From: Antedon mediterranea
Taxonomy: Eukaryota > Animalia > Echinodermata
Assembly: GCF_964355755.1 (NCBI RefSeq)
Contig: NC_092678.1
Span: forward strand, 22,709,365 to 22,773,364
Direction: 5' to 3'
Length of the DNA stretch: 64,000 bases
Part shown: positions 39,901 to 52,600 of the stretch, piece by piece
Numbering within the stretch: the stretch's first letter is position 1
How the letters are laid out: each line of letters starts with the position of its first letter
Translations under genes and position numbers: made by a program
Notes under the pieces: model-generated
Told to the model about the DNA's origin: nothing
The model's database searches: none
The model's input: only the letters and a program-made list of their open reading frames with translations

Positions 39901-41505
39901 ATTACCTTCTGACAATTTGTGGTCTGAAAATTTGTTTGCAAAAACATTGAATGAGTATGAGGTTATGACAGCCAAGATGACAACAATAAATGCAAAGACC
40001 ATCCACGCTATAAAGAAAAAAAAACATTACAATTTATTTCTTGCCTTTATTTATTTATTTATTATACATGTGTTGACTAAAGTGCCCAGTTTAGTTATTT
40101 GTTTTTTTGTTTTTATTTGTTTTGAGAATAAGACTTAATTCATAATTGGGAATAGATGTTGTAATTGTTAATACTTACCGTTACGTCGATTTAATTTAGA
40201 TTTGAATGTGCTGTTAGATCGAGGTGACACTGTAGGTTAGAAACAAATTAAATAATCTTCAAAAAGTCCATTTAACACAACTACTAATAGTTGACTCTTA
40301 ATTTATTGTGAATGATTTGTCATTTTAACCCATTTTTTGCTGTACAGTTTTTTCAGGGAAATAATTTTTGGTCAAAGTGAATAGCTATTATGTAACATTA
40401 AAATAGCATATTAAATAACAAAAAAAAATTTTTTTCAGGGTACAATATATCTTTAATAATACCTACATAATATATCAATCCTCAATTCTTTATGTATTAA
40501 TGATTGGTACAATATTGTAACCATTTCCATTGCATCCTAACCCCTCTCTGCATTTGTTAGTTATAATTCATTCAGTCACTGGCTAGTCTGGTACATACCT
40601 GTGGGAACTACCATTGTTGTAGCTGAAGCCGATATCAATGTAGGCTGATAAGGTGTTACTGTAAACGTAGATTCATATGCACAAAAAAAATAAGATATAA
40701 GTTTAAACTTCACCAAAATGTTACTAAAATTGAAATATACAGTATTTCCAGAAACTACAAAGACCCCATAAAAATCTTAAATAATTTAGTTTGAATGAAT
40801 ATCTTTGTTATTTTGAAATTATTATTTTCAAATAAATACCATGGCCTTTGATATAGTTTAGTTAGAGGAAATACGCTCAAGCCATCATTGATTTTGCATG
40901 ATGTAATACACGGTAAATCCGTGTTTAATAATCAATATTGTATTGTTTTCTATTTAATGAGCAAATAAAAAAGAAGCTCTCAATCGAGATGTGGTAGGCA
41001 TACCTAGTAGAATATATTGTGCCACATTGTTCAGTAGTTTTGCAAATGTTTCAATTTCTTGTTGTGAATTTAGTTTTCCGTCTTTTTCAATGTGATATAC
41101 AACATCCCAAATGTTGTCGTATTTGAAGGCACTCAGTTGATAGAAATCAATCACAGACCTTAAGTCATCTTTGTCTACGTTAATAAGCGTTGTAAACAGT
41201 GCTCTGCGGTAGTTGGTTATTATTGTCTCTGATGTGTTATTACTGCATTGTACAGTATTCTTGTATTCTGTTATACAATTTATCGCTGATTCCTGATTAG
41301 TTACTTCAGCAATCTCCAACAACAGCCTCACATCAGTTTTTGAGATAAATCGATAGCGAGTAAGAGTATTAAATAGGCCCATGGCTGACTGATCTAGACC
41401 GCCAATAGGTATAATACCACATAGAAGCATTCTTAACTTCCGAACTTCAGTGCCAGCATAGTGTTTGCTAAGGTTTTGTAGAAACATTTGGTATTTATCG
41501 TCCAT
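36946..41505 (-). CDS. Copy 5: intact membrane-associated NLR, DED-DED/linker/TM/NACHT/LRR/TM-TM, 1182 aa
   Basis: Exons 41505-41004 (502), 40658-40599 (60), 40229-40179 (51), 40007-39906 (102), 39779-36946 (2834); total 3549 nt, open. Walker A GIGGIGKT, Walker B LVVLIDGLDEL, sensor-1-like VILTSRP, winged-helix YEFPHKLLSEALAGLYL, LRRs such as FPNLYRLSMSDCNL. Confidence 0.9.
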
Positions 41506-44279
41506 TTTGAATCTGAAAAAAAAATTTATTAGTATAAAAATATATGACTAAAATATGACCATATAGGTCTAATTACGAAAGCAAGAACCATGAATAATCA
41601 TCTAAGACAAGCTAAAACATTTAAACATAAGAAACTTTTATTTTAAAATTATGTTGTTTTATATCTAATTTTATATTACTTAATGATTAATAATAATATG
41701 ATTAATACAATTGTAGGCCTGGTTTCCCCTAACAGTACACACTATACGCCTATATTTCTATGCACAATGCATTAGTCCCAAATCTGAAACACAGCCTAAA
41801 GAATCTATACAGGCACATTTATTAAACTAAATTATTACTATATATTTAGTATAATGTAAAGTTAATATTAATTAAAAGTTTATACAAATGCTCACGGTAT
41901 GTTTTATCCCGTATGTTTTCTGAAATAATATGAGACCGTCCACCATTCGTTGTTCGTAACTCTGATGGCATGTTGTCTACCCAGTGTCATAAATCGAAAA
42001 TAAAACAATATAGTCAATGGTGCATAAAATACGAATAAGCGCATAACAGAAATTCAGTTATAATCGTGTTTACTTTATTGACATTTTCAATAAACCAATT
42101 CATTTAAAATCTAGAAGGCCGTTGTATAAAAATAATTTGAATATTTCTTGTAAATTAATATTAACTTCTAAATCGAATACACATTGTTATAGTTTCTCTT
42201 TGTGGAATTAACCGTTTTAGTTTGTAGTATTCCTAAATTGATCATCATAATAATATTAATATTTGCAACATTTTATATATAAATTTATATATTTCCCACC
42301 ACTTCTTAATTTGAAGAGAAAAAAATAAAATAGATTTAAAACTACTCCTGAACATTTTAGCAGTATCGCTGAAAAACCCTGTTATTGACATCAGCTGTGA
42401 ACTACTCTATAATGGATAAGTAATTACTATCTATTTATCTCAATTATAGAATCTTCTTTTCAAGCTCTTGTTATATCATCTCAATAACAGAATAAATAAT
42501 TGAAAATAAGAATTTCATATTTTATTGCTTAGTTTTCTGTACACATTACGTTTGGCATGAATCATTTCATTTTAAAAAGTTGTAGATTGAGTGTGACTAT
42601 TTTTTATCTATTTTTGGAATTTCTTATTATAAAATAGTATCACGAATTTTCATTTACAACATTGCATTTTAATTATACACATTTTTAATATAATATATAC
42701 TTCACCTTATCACCGATGTTTACCAATGTTCTGTAATTAAATTTTAATCTGACCGAGTTGTATTTATTTTGAGCAGAAGGAATACGGCACACTTTTCCAG
42801 TGTATGTTGTGAATAAACGACCAACATTGTATTTACCCAATTGTACAAGTTAATACAATTTTAAAACAATACATATCTGAAATAGTCACTGTTTATTTGA
42901 GAATTTAATTTTGGAAAACACTACACAATTTATATCCAAATTTTATTCGTAAAATGAGTTTGCTGCCACCTATGTTGTTGTATTCACGCTTGAGTAAGCT
43001 CATTTGCATTCTTTCTTCAACAGATGTATTTTATGTTTATGGCGTTCACGTGTCTGAGATGTGTTTACTATTGCAGAAGTTTTTTAAAGAAATCTAGGCC
43101 CGACATTAGTGAAGAAACCAGGACTCAAGGAGTGACTACAGGGTAAGCTTACATTAACTTATATTCTTGTTAATGTAGAACTATTAGGCCTAGCCACATT
43201 TTAGTAGTACAGTGGTTAGCTTAGATGATAGATCCCGTACGAGTAAAGTACAGCAGTGCCTGTCAATACTGGACGCATTCTTATAGTGTAACATGAATAT
43301 TCATATTAGGCTACCTTATTGCATCGCATACATACGGGAAAATGCGTAATGAATAGATATAACGACCATTGACAAAGTTTAATATACAATAAACAAAATT
43401 GTACAATAAATCGAGTCAAATTTAATTTAATCAAGTTATATTATACCAAAAAAAATAGAAAATACACACTCATAAAAGTAATTTATAATTCATTTAAAAC
43501 GATTAATAAAAACCAATAAAATGTATCCTCGGTTTATATAATCGATATAATAAATATAAATAAAAACATATTAAGGCCCGATAACGATTGAAGTAAAATA
43601 GATAAACGTTTTTTCTTACATAAAACAAAATAGATTCAAAAGTTATCCTATACTATAATATTTTTTTTCAAATTTTAAAATGTTTATACATAGCCTGTAT
43701 TTAAAAAAGATACAACACCACACAAATTAGTAATGAACAACAGGAAGATTGTCTCCTGATACTTTACTTTAAAAAATACCACACATAATAGATAGGATTA
43801 TTGAATAACCATCGATATTAGGCGCCTTCGGTAAATTATTTCAAACGACAAGAACGCGTTCAGGCACGTTTGCTATTGTATTATGACAAAGGTCGTGAAG
43901 ACGCGTTTGGCAGACCATTTGGGGGAACCCCGTTTGGACGCGTTTATTCACGTTTGGCATGTTGCTCCGCCCCATTGAACGTTTGACTGAGCAGCATTAT
44001 TGTTTGTTATTTTGTACGATTCCTTCATTGACTATTAAATTTTCAGATAATGGTATATTGTTCTTCACACGCCCGCCGTTTGTCAAGACGTATTTACATA
44101 GAAATTACTTTTTAAAGCCTAGTCTCTAGAGGAGGCCTAGGCCTACCATGGAGAAACACTATGCATGGAGTTATACTCCTTACCGAATTACGGAAAAATA
44201 TACAACAACAATGCGTACAATATCGCTACAAACGCGATTCCTTGTCTGTGGGGATTTCCTTGATGATAAGGCCCCGCAC

Positions 44280-45185
44280 GCGATTTTTTTTTTCGTACAT
44301 AAGTTGGGGACCCCCTCATGAAACGTCACAAAATAAACATGAATAATTCATCAGTTAAATGTTCTTGTTCCGTGTGCACCCAAGCGTATAGCAACAAGAA
44401 GTGATTACACAAGTGCGGTACGATTCTAGACCTATCTCCGCGCTGTTGTTGCGGCGTGCGATTTCATAGAAGAATAGCGGCGTTTTGTGTGGATTGTCGA
44501 AACAATCAGCCTTTAGTTTATGATAGTGTTTTTAATATAATTTATTACTAAAGAATTACGTGTTAAAATTATAGTTTCTATTAATACTATTAGGCCTAGG
44601 CCTAATTATTAGTCTCTAAACATATGTCTATTCTAGTAGTAGAGCTGTGTGTGTGTGTGTTATAGGTATGACACAATCCGAGTAATAAGTCAGCAAAATT
44701 AAACAATAAACATTACACAAAAATACAGTTTTTATTCTCGTGGGTCTAATCTTCCCATCTCATGTGTTCATATACGCGCATTTTTAAAGTTCCTTTGAGT
44801 ACATGCATTGTTTGATAATAAAATAGCAGAATTAAAAAAAATACAGTACACAAATTATACATATTCTTTATTCTTGTGGGTCTAAGCTTTCTTTGGGCTA
44901 TGTCCAATGAATTACTACTACTTAGTATTCATGTCTTGCCTAGCTGTCGATTAGCCTCGACTCGACACATTTTGTGTGAAGAAGAGTGCGCGAAGGCAAT
45001 CGCGTGAATTTACTTAGAATCCTAGGCCTACTGTAGAAAGTATCGTATCGCAGTTGTGTAATCGCTTCTTGTTGCTATACGCTTGGGTGCACACGGAACA
45101 ACACATTTAACTGATGAATTATTCATGTTTATTGTGTGACGTTTCATGAGGGGGTCCCCAACTTATGTACGAAAAAAAAAATCGC
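44280..45185. mobile_element. Mutator(MULE)-like MITE
   Basis: ~145-bp terminal inverted repeats; 9-bp TSD GCCCCGCAC at 44271-44279 and 45186-45194. Confidence 0.8.
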
Positions 45186-46474
45186 GCCCCGCACAGCCCG
45201 TAAACAACATTGCAATGTAATAATATGCGGCCTACACTATTATAAATGATTTAATCCTACCTTGGGTTAGCGAATTATAAAAAACAACACCTAGGCTAGG
45301 ACACCAACAAAATATATGCAAGATAAATATATATTCCATGTTAAGATTTAAGATATGCCTTTTAAATTATTAAAAAAGAAAATGCCCGACTAGAATTTGG
45401 ATGGAGGGAAAAAAACATGTGAATTGCGGGAACAGTTTAGAGCAGCTAAGAGAGTATTATATTACGTTTCATGTCATGTGACACAAAATTCAGGTACACG
45501 TAATTAGCCACCCCTGGTACTGAGTGAGAAACATGTGAGAGGTTGCGGTAAACAGAGAGTATCGTGTTTCATGCCATGTGACCAAAAAAAACTAGGTCTG
45601 TATTAATTACGGTCTTCTGTCGGCAGTCTTTTTGAGCGACCGACTGCGCGCGTACCAACACAGATCGGAAATGATGAGCGCGCGTGTCACAATGAAAATT
45701 GTTGACGATCCTTTTTTGTCGGGATCGTTTCTGGATCGACTGGACGTTCGCTATATTATTTTTATTTGTTGGCTTAGTTCATTTTGTTGGATCGTGTCTC
45801 TACGTTCGTTTACATCGTGGGAAATTTATTTAATGGCTGGAAATTATAACGTTCAAACACCGTACTGTTAAAAAATAGATTTCTTTCAGATTACCGACGA
45901 TTTTTTAAAACTTTTTTAAACTCTGAAATATAAATTCCCTATCGCGAGAAGCATGATTGGGCTCAATAATACTAAATAGTGAGCTGATTTATAGTTTGAA
46001 AACAGCTTACGGCATTTCTTAAGTGAATTTTTATTCAACGTATTCTTCCTTGATGAATCCTTTTCCCATTGCTGTGTAAATCAGTATTTAAAGATGCCAA
46101 AAGTGTGTGTAATTATTTCACAGGTAAATCAGGCATAAGAAAACTCATCGCCCAACAGGCAGGACCTCGTGGTGTGCCGATCTCGAGCGCGAGATCATCG
46201 TAAACAAAATTGGTAGAGTCCATTATGTATGGGGTGTTTACTATTTACGAACCTATTAAAAACGCGCTCCGACCATTGTGTAGGCAAAATATTTATTTCG
46301 TTAAATCCCTAATTTGATAATCGCGTATTCTGTAAACACGTGACTGATGATGTAATCCTCAGCGACAAACTAAATGCACGTGATTTAATGTGTTGGGAAA
46401 AGGCTTGCTGTTTACCACATTACACGATTCACGGTGCTATTCGTGTTTCCTTGACGTAAATCGGCGGCGTGTAA

Positions 46475-48574
46475 AGGCTGGTTTCCTGTCGACGTAAGAA
46501 GTCGAATTTTGCAACGATTCTTGCGTTTCATACGTTTCTTACGTCTCTTACGAAAGTTGAGAAAAACTTGACGTCGTTGACCTTAGTCAAGATCGTGTCG
46601 GGCCGCATAGAAACATCTGTAGTTATGCTGCTCCCGAAAGTTGAAATTTTGGCTGTGAAACACACGTCGTATGCTTACGTCGATTTTAGTGTTGTTACGA
46701 AAGTTGAAATTTTTTCTTACGTCGGTCGGATTTATGACGTATTTGAAACAACATCTCTGATTGGTGTTTCTTTTTAGAGCGGGTTTTATCATTATTCGCG
46801 CGAAATGTTGAATGTTATTGTACCTGTAGCTACTCAGCAGCAGTGTCAGTGCAGCACACCAACATATTATTTTCAGTAGGCTAGGCCCTAGTATTAGTAA
46901 AATACTTAATTAATACTGTACTAATAGGAATTGGATTTGACCAAATAATTAAACTAGCCTAGGCCCCTAGCCTATTATTATTAGACCTACCTAGGCCCTA
47001 GGCTAAGCATTGGCCTATGGGCCTCCCTATAAGCATATCTAATCGAGCATGATATAGTACTAACCGCAGTAAGATACCCATTATTTACAGGCCTATAATA
47101 AGAATAAATTTAACAAAACAATATAAATTATACAAAATCAAGCAAACAATTTTTTTTTAAGTTACATAATAATATTATATTGCTTACAAAGGGGCTTTCT
47201 ATATCTTATCTTGTTGCAAATGTTCATTTTCGCGACGTTTCTACCGATGCTGATTGTTTATTGCACGTCCATAAATAAGAGTATTAGATTTTGATATGAG
47301 TTGTAAACCAATTCAATTCAATTCATCGACATTTTTATTCCATAATCAATATAAAAACATATACAAATACAATACAAATAATAAGATAATGGAATGGGAT
47401 ACAAAATAAGCACAAGTGCTTTAAGCATGTAACCCTAACAAAAAGATCAAACAATTAGTACAAACAAAAATAACATAATGTGATTTACTTAACTTAAATA
47501 TTTCTATTGTTATAATATTGCTTTAATCTCTGTTTAAACAAACTTAAAGTGGGGGATTGTTTTATATAGTCTGTTAAATTGTTCCAAATATGTGTTCCTT
47601 GGTAGGAAATACATTGCTGTCCGACTTTGGTGCGTTTTAGTTGTGGACAGTAGTTTGACCTGTTTCTAGTTGAGTAATTATGGAATGAGGCAGATGTACT
47701 AAATAAGTTATTAAATGATTCAGGTAATAGATTATGTTTATATTGATACATAAATATAGCAGTGTGTTTCGTATAAAGGTCAAAAATATTTAATGTTTGG
47801 GTCGAAATAAAAAGTGGATGAGAAGGATGCATAAAATGAACATGACAAATATTTCTAAGTGCTTTTTTCTGGAGAATATGTATACGGTTTAAATTTGTAG
47901 CAGAAGTAGCACCCCATACTGTGATAGCATACGTTATTCTAGGTAATATAAGTGCATTGTATACCGTTAACAAGATGTTACTTGATAACATAGACTTCAC
48001 TTTGTTTAAGACACCAATTATTCTAGAAATACTGTTTGCTACCTCATTTACATGAAAATTAAACGATAAACTCCCTGATTAGAACATTATTATGCCTATA
48101 TTGAAACTACTGTGCATTTGTAAAGTATGTAGGCCTACAACATCGTAAAGTGGGCTAAAATTATAGTAGTAAATACATACAAATGTTATTGTCCGGCTTT
48201 ATTTCACTATAAGGAAATACACATTACGTCATAACTCTTGTCGCTCATTGGTTGCTTGTTACGATTGCGCTTACGTCTCTTGCGAAAGTTGACTTTCGTA
48301 AGAGACGTAAGAAACGTGACGCAAGGGCGTTCATTCAAGCGTAAGATAAAAAATCCCGGTTTCCTGTAAAATCGGAAGAAAACGTCGTAACGCAACAATT
48401 GTTAGGTCATCGGTTTCCTGTAAAATCGGCGTTTGTCGTTACCATTTTTCTTACGTTGCGTCGATTTTGTAAATTTTCGATCGTAATCGGTTTCCTGTAA
48501 AATCCGCATTTCTTACGACAAATCGGCGTAGTCGCAACAAAAGTGATGTTCTTACGTCGACAGGAAACCAGCCT
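46475..48574. mobile_element. PIF/Harbinger-like non-autonomous element
   Basis: Perfect 26-bp TIR AGGCTGGTTTCCTGTCGACGTAAGAA; TAA target duplication at 46472-46474 and 48575-48577. Confidence 0.85.
47310..48070 (-). mobile_element. 5'-truncated Crack/L2-group LINE nested in the Harbinger-like element
   Basis: YNALILPRITYAITVWG..LQKKALRNI..HNYSTR..IWNNL..FKQRLK; AATAAA followed by a (TGAAT)n tail. Confidence 0.85.
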
Positions 48575-49652
48575 TAAATGAAACAATTGTTTTCATCAAA
48601 TTGGTTCCTATTAGCCGTTGTCGACATAGAGCGATCGGCGGCTAGCGTGCCTAAGCTAAAAAGTACGTATTTTTTCAAAAATTACACTAGCAAACATTTG
48701 CTAGTTTGAAATTTTCAACTAGCAATTATGAAGAATCTAGGCCCCTACTAGCAAAATGCTAGTTTGCTAGCGTGAATTTCGAGCCCTGCTCTGGAGCTGG
48801 ACCGGGCCGCTGAACTTTCTGTCATATACCGTATGGGTAAAAAAAAATTTTTTTAAAACAGAGGCGGCTGGATAATCAGACGCTTAACAAGTATGTTTTT
48901 TTATTTGGCCTAATAATAATATGAAGATACGATTTAGTGATGCTTATAAACGATTGATTCGTGTAAACGTGATTTGGCGCCAAGTAGCTAGCGAGATAGA
49001 AGGTAATGCAAAGCGACGATTTGCTGTCACTCGCTCGCGATCAACTAGGCCTAGCTAAATTGAGGTTATTTTTACAATTTGTGAACTGCCGATCGGTTAT
49101 ATAATCATTGCGCTACAAATACAGCACTGTACATTTTATTTCACTTTAAAATCTACGAAAACCGTTTGTTTATGCTTCACCATATTATTAATATTAGACG
49201 TTGTTTTGGCTTCACTGTATACGTCCTGTCCGATTATACCGTGATGTTTGCCGCGAAAGGGGGTTCCCCGATTAGTTTGCAAGAGTTCGAGACAATAGAA
49301 AACGCGACTCTGTGACACAAACGTGTTCGAACGTCGATGTTTTGTTTGAACTGGCAAGACAAAGGGAAGCCGTTTGCGTGACACAAACGCGCTACAACGC
49401 TCCGGCTCCGTTTGGAAAGGCGTGTCGGGAACGTGGTCCTCTTCATGAATATTCAATTAGATGCACTAATTAGAACGGTTGATTGTCAAACACGTTTCAA
49501 CGACGGTCAAAATCGAAACGCGTTCTTGTCGTTTGAAATAATTTATTAAAGAAGGTAGTATTTAAACAGGGTAGCGACATTTTGATTCAATATACGAAAC
49601 TCATATACCGTATGTTATTTGAATAAATCTAGCTAAGTTAATTAAGTTATAA

Positions 49653-52600
49653 CTAATGATAAATAAGTTCTACCCATAAGAAAATATAAATGGTTAAAAT
49701 CAATAATTGAAAAAGCGAAATGTATCTTTGTGAGATTAGAAGAAAATAAGTAGATGTAGCTATAATTATTAAATATATTAAAACTATAGGCCTATACAAA
49801 ATATTTAAAAGACGAAATAAATGCGCTTTAAATATAGGTTTACATTTAGTTTCATATACCAACTGTAATAGTTCAACTCTTCTATTTCTTTTTTTTTTCT
49901 CTTTCGTGGGGGTCACCCACATTTATTCATTCCTTTTACAAATATATATTATATAACATACATACATTTTTATAAAATAAAGAACAATAAAATTCAATAT
50001 AACAGCTAAAAAGGCACTATATCTATACATGTACATAAAATCGATGGAGTAAAAGTATGCTTTAAAAACGTACATTTTATGTTTATTGCAAGTTATAGTA
50101 AAAGTACGACTATTTATCATTTAAATTTACTTTATATTAAGAAATGTATTAAAAAGTAGCTGTTTCTTTTATTATATCTTAAATCAGTACTCACAATTTT
50201 CTTTATTTCTTTTGACCTTATATTACATCCATTACAAATATATACACACATACACACATTAATATACCTATTTACATTTACGAATCAGTTTAATATAGTT
50301 ATTATAAACACATTATATGCTACTTTTTATGTTTTGGCCTTGTATAACATTTGTTTCATTCCACTATTTGTATTCCTTTAAAGTTCTTTTCTTACTATGT
50401 TGGCCCTTTACATTTACCAGTTTGTTTACTTATATGTTTGACCGTGTGTTTCAGTCTATGTTTTACCCTAATACATTTATTTCTATCATGTATTAGTTTT
50501 AGTATAAGTCTAGGTGTTTGTTAGTTTTACACTACAGCTTGTACTAGTTTTATATTTTTCTTATTTTATGAATTCTAATAATTTAATTTTAACATCATTC
50601 CATTTTATAACTGCTTTATACTGATTACATGCGTATTCATTTTCTATAAGCTTTTTTAATTCAAACTTAAACATATTCAAGATACTTTTTGATTCGTTAC
50701 CCATCATGTTATCTAATAAACTAAGCCTTATGCGGGATTTGTATATACAAAACGTAAAGATAGATGTTAGCTCATTTACAAGTTTATCTTTGGAACCAGT
50801 AACTATATCAAACCAATGTATTGGCGTTTCATTAGGAAAACATTCAACAATAAGAATATTGAATTTCCTCCAAACTGGCTTAATCACTTTACACTTAAGT
50901 AACATATGTTCTTCGTTTTCTATCACATTCTTACATCTATCACAAATATTAGTTTTAGACAATTTCCAAATATGTAATCTTTTATTACAAACAAGTATGC
51001 GATGTAAAAGTTTAAAATTGAATTGCGCAACTTTTACCATATGTTTCATATCTTTGACTTTATTATTCCATATTTTGTTCCATACCATAGTCTTACCGGT
51101 ATTTAAAAACTCTGCTTCCCATTTTACTTGGGAGATTGGCACTGTCTTTAGTTCAAATATAAACTTATCATAAAAACCTGTTTTAACATTTGATTTGAAT
51201 AATTCATTTTTAATATCAACATTAACTTGTTCTTTCTCTAATCTATGTCGTGCCAATACTTCCTTCCATTCAATAGGAATAGCATGCATGAGCTTGAAGT
51301 ATTCTATTATCCCATTATGCTTTACTAATAACGTGGGAATTAAATCTCTAAGACTTACAATTGTGTTATTGACCAAAATGTCACCAATTGTTTTATAGCC
51401 CGACTTTAACCAATCTTTGAAGTATAAAGACTTTCCGTCTGACAGTATATGTTTATTTTCCCACAAGGTTTGAGATTTAATTTCCTGTACATTTTGAGGA
51501 TCTAACATTTCAATATTATTTATTTTCACAATTGCATTAATCATATTTAAATAAAATTCAGGCATAATTTGTAATTGTTTATGCTCTTCAAAATTAAGCT
51601 TACTTATCTCTAATGTACATTCTATAGGGTATATGTAATATTTTGGAATACATTTCCACTTGCCTGGGTCTGGGCTAAGTAGTCTCTTAACCCAGTTTAG
51701 CTTTAACGAGATCACAACTACATAAAAATCAATCATATTAACCCCTCCTTCTTCTATTTTATTTATAAGTGTTTTCCTCTTAATCTTTTCTTTTTTATTT
51801 CCCCATAGGAATCTATACAGTAACTTCTCTACCATTGGAAATACATGTTTTGGTACATTGATAATACTAGCATTGTATATTAATTTTGAAATTGCTAGAC
51901 TTTTATTTATTATCATTTTTCCAAAGAAGGTAAGGTGTCGTTTTTCCCATAGCCTTAAAGTATGTTCTAACTCCATAATTTTATCATCCCAGTTTTTTTT
52001 CTTCACAAACACCTTTTTTATAGCCTACATAAATTCCGAGGAATTTCACTGGCTCTTTCGTCCAAGTGATACCACAAGGGGTTGCTAGGTTATTCTGAAT
52101 TGATCCAATCCAGATTCCTTTACATTTTCCTTTATTTAGCTTTAACTCTTCTATTTCTAATGTTTTGCGATTCCCTTCAATTCCTAAAACAAATGTTGGG
52201 ATTAATGATGTACTGTCAATCTTCGTAAGGTCATTTCCATGGATAGATATCAGGTCACTTTTGATTATTATACTATTTTCATAACATTCACTTAGCATGT
52301 CATTTACAATAGTACCTGTTAAATTACAATTATTCATAGAAAGATGTGTTAAGTTTGGAAATGTAATCAATATATTAGCTAGTGTACTTCCGTTGATTGA
52401 TGATAGGTCAATGCCATCCAAAATTAGAATATCCAATCTAATCTATAACGACTAGGTGATATTAAAAGATCGTGTAATTGTTTCGCTGACATATAATACC
52501 TGTCCCAAGTATCATACAGTTTGTATAATGTCTAATTTTTTCTTTACTTCGGTATCAATATATGAAAGATCAATTCCTTCTAAATTGATAAAAATGTCTG

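Larger units (their letters stand above)
43821..49545. mobile_element. ~5.7-kb composite non-autonomous DNA transposon (Harbinger-like) just 3' of copy 6
   Basis: 29-bp inverted repeat at 43832-43860 / 49517-49545; left end TTA|GGCGCC; outermost right bases missing; empty site at ~36840-36850. No transposase seen. Confidence 0.7.

Noticed and set aside
44161-49456. Short ORFs inside the transposon island as a transposase or cargo genes
   Set aside because: No DDE, Myb/SANT or other recognisable motifs; only 47494-48000 is a LINE remnant.
49900-49920. Histone-type stem-loop plus downstream element
   Set aside because: The stem and loop do not match the histone consensus, and it terminates a LINE, not a histone gene.
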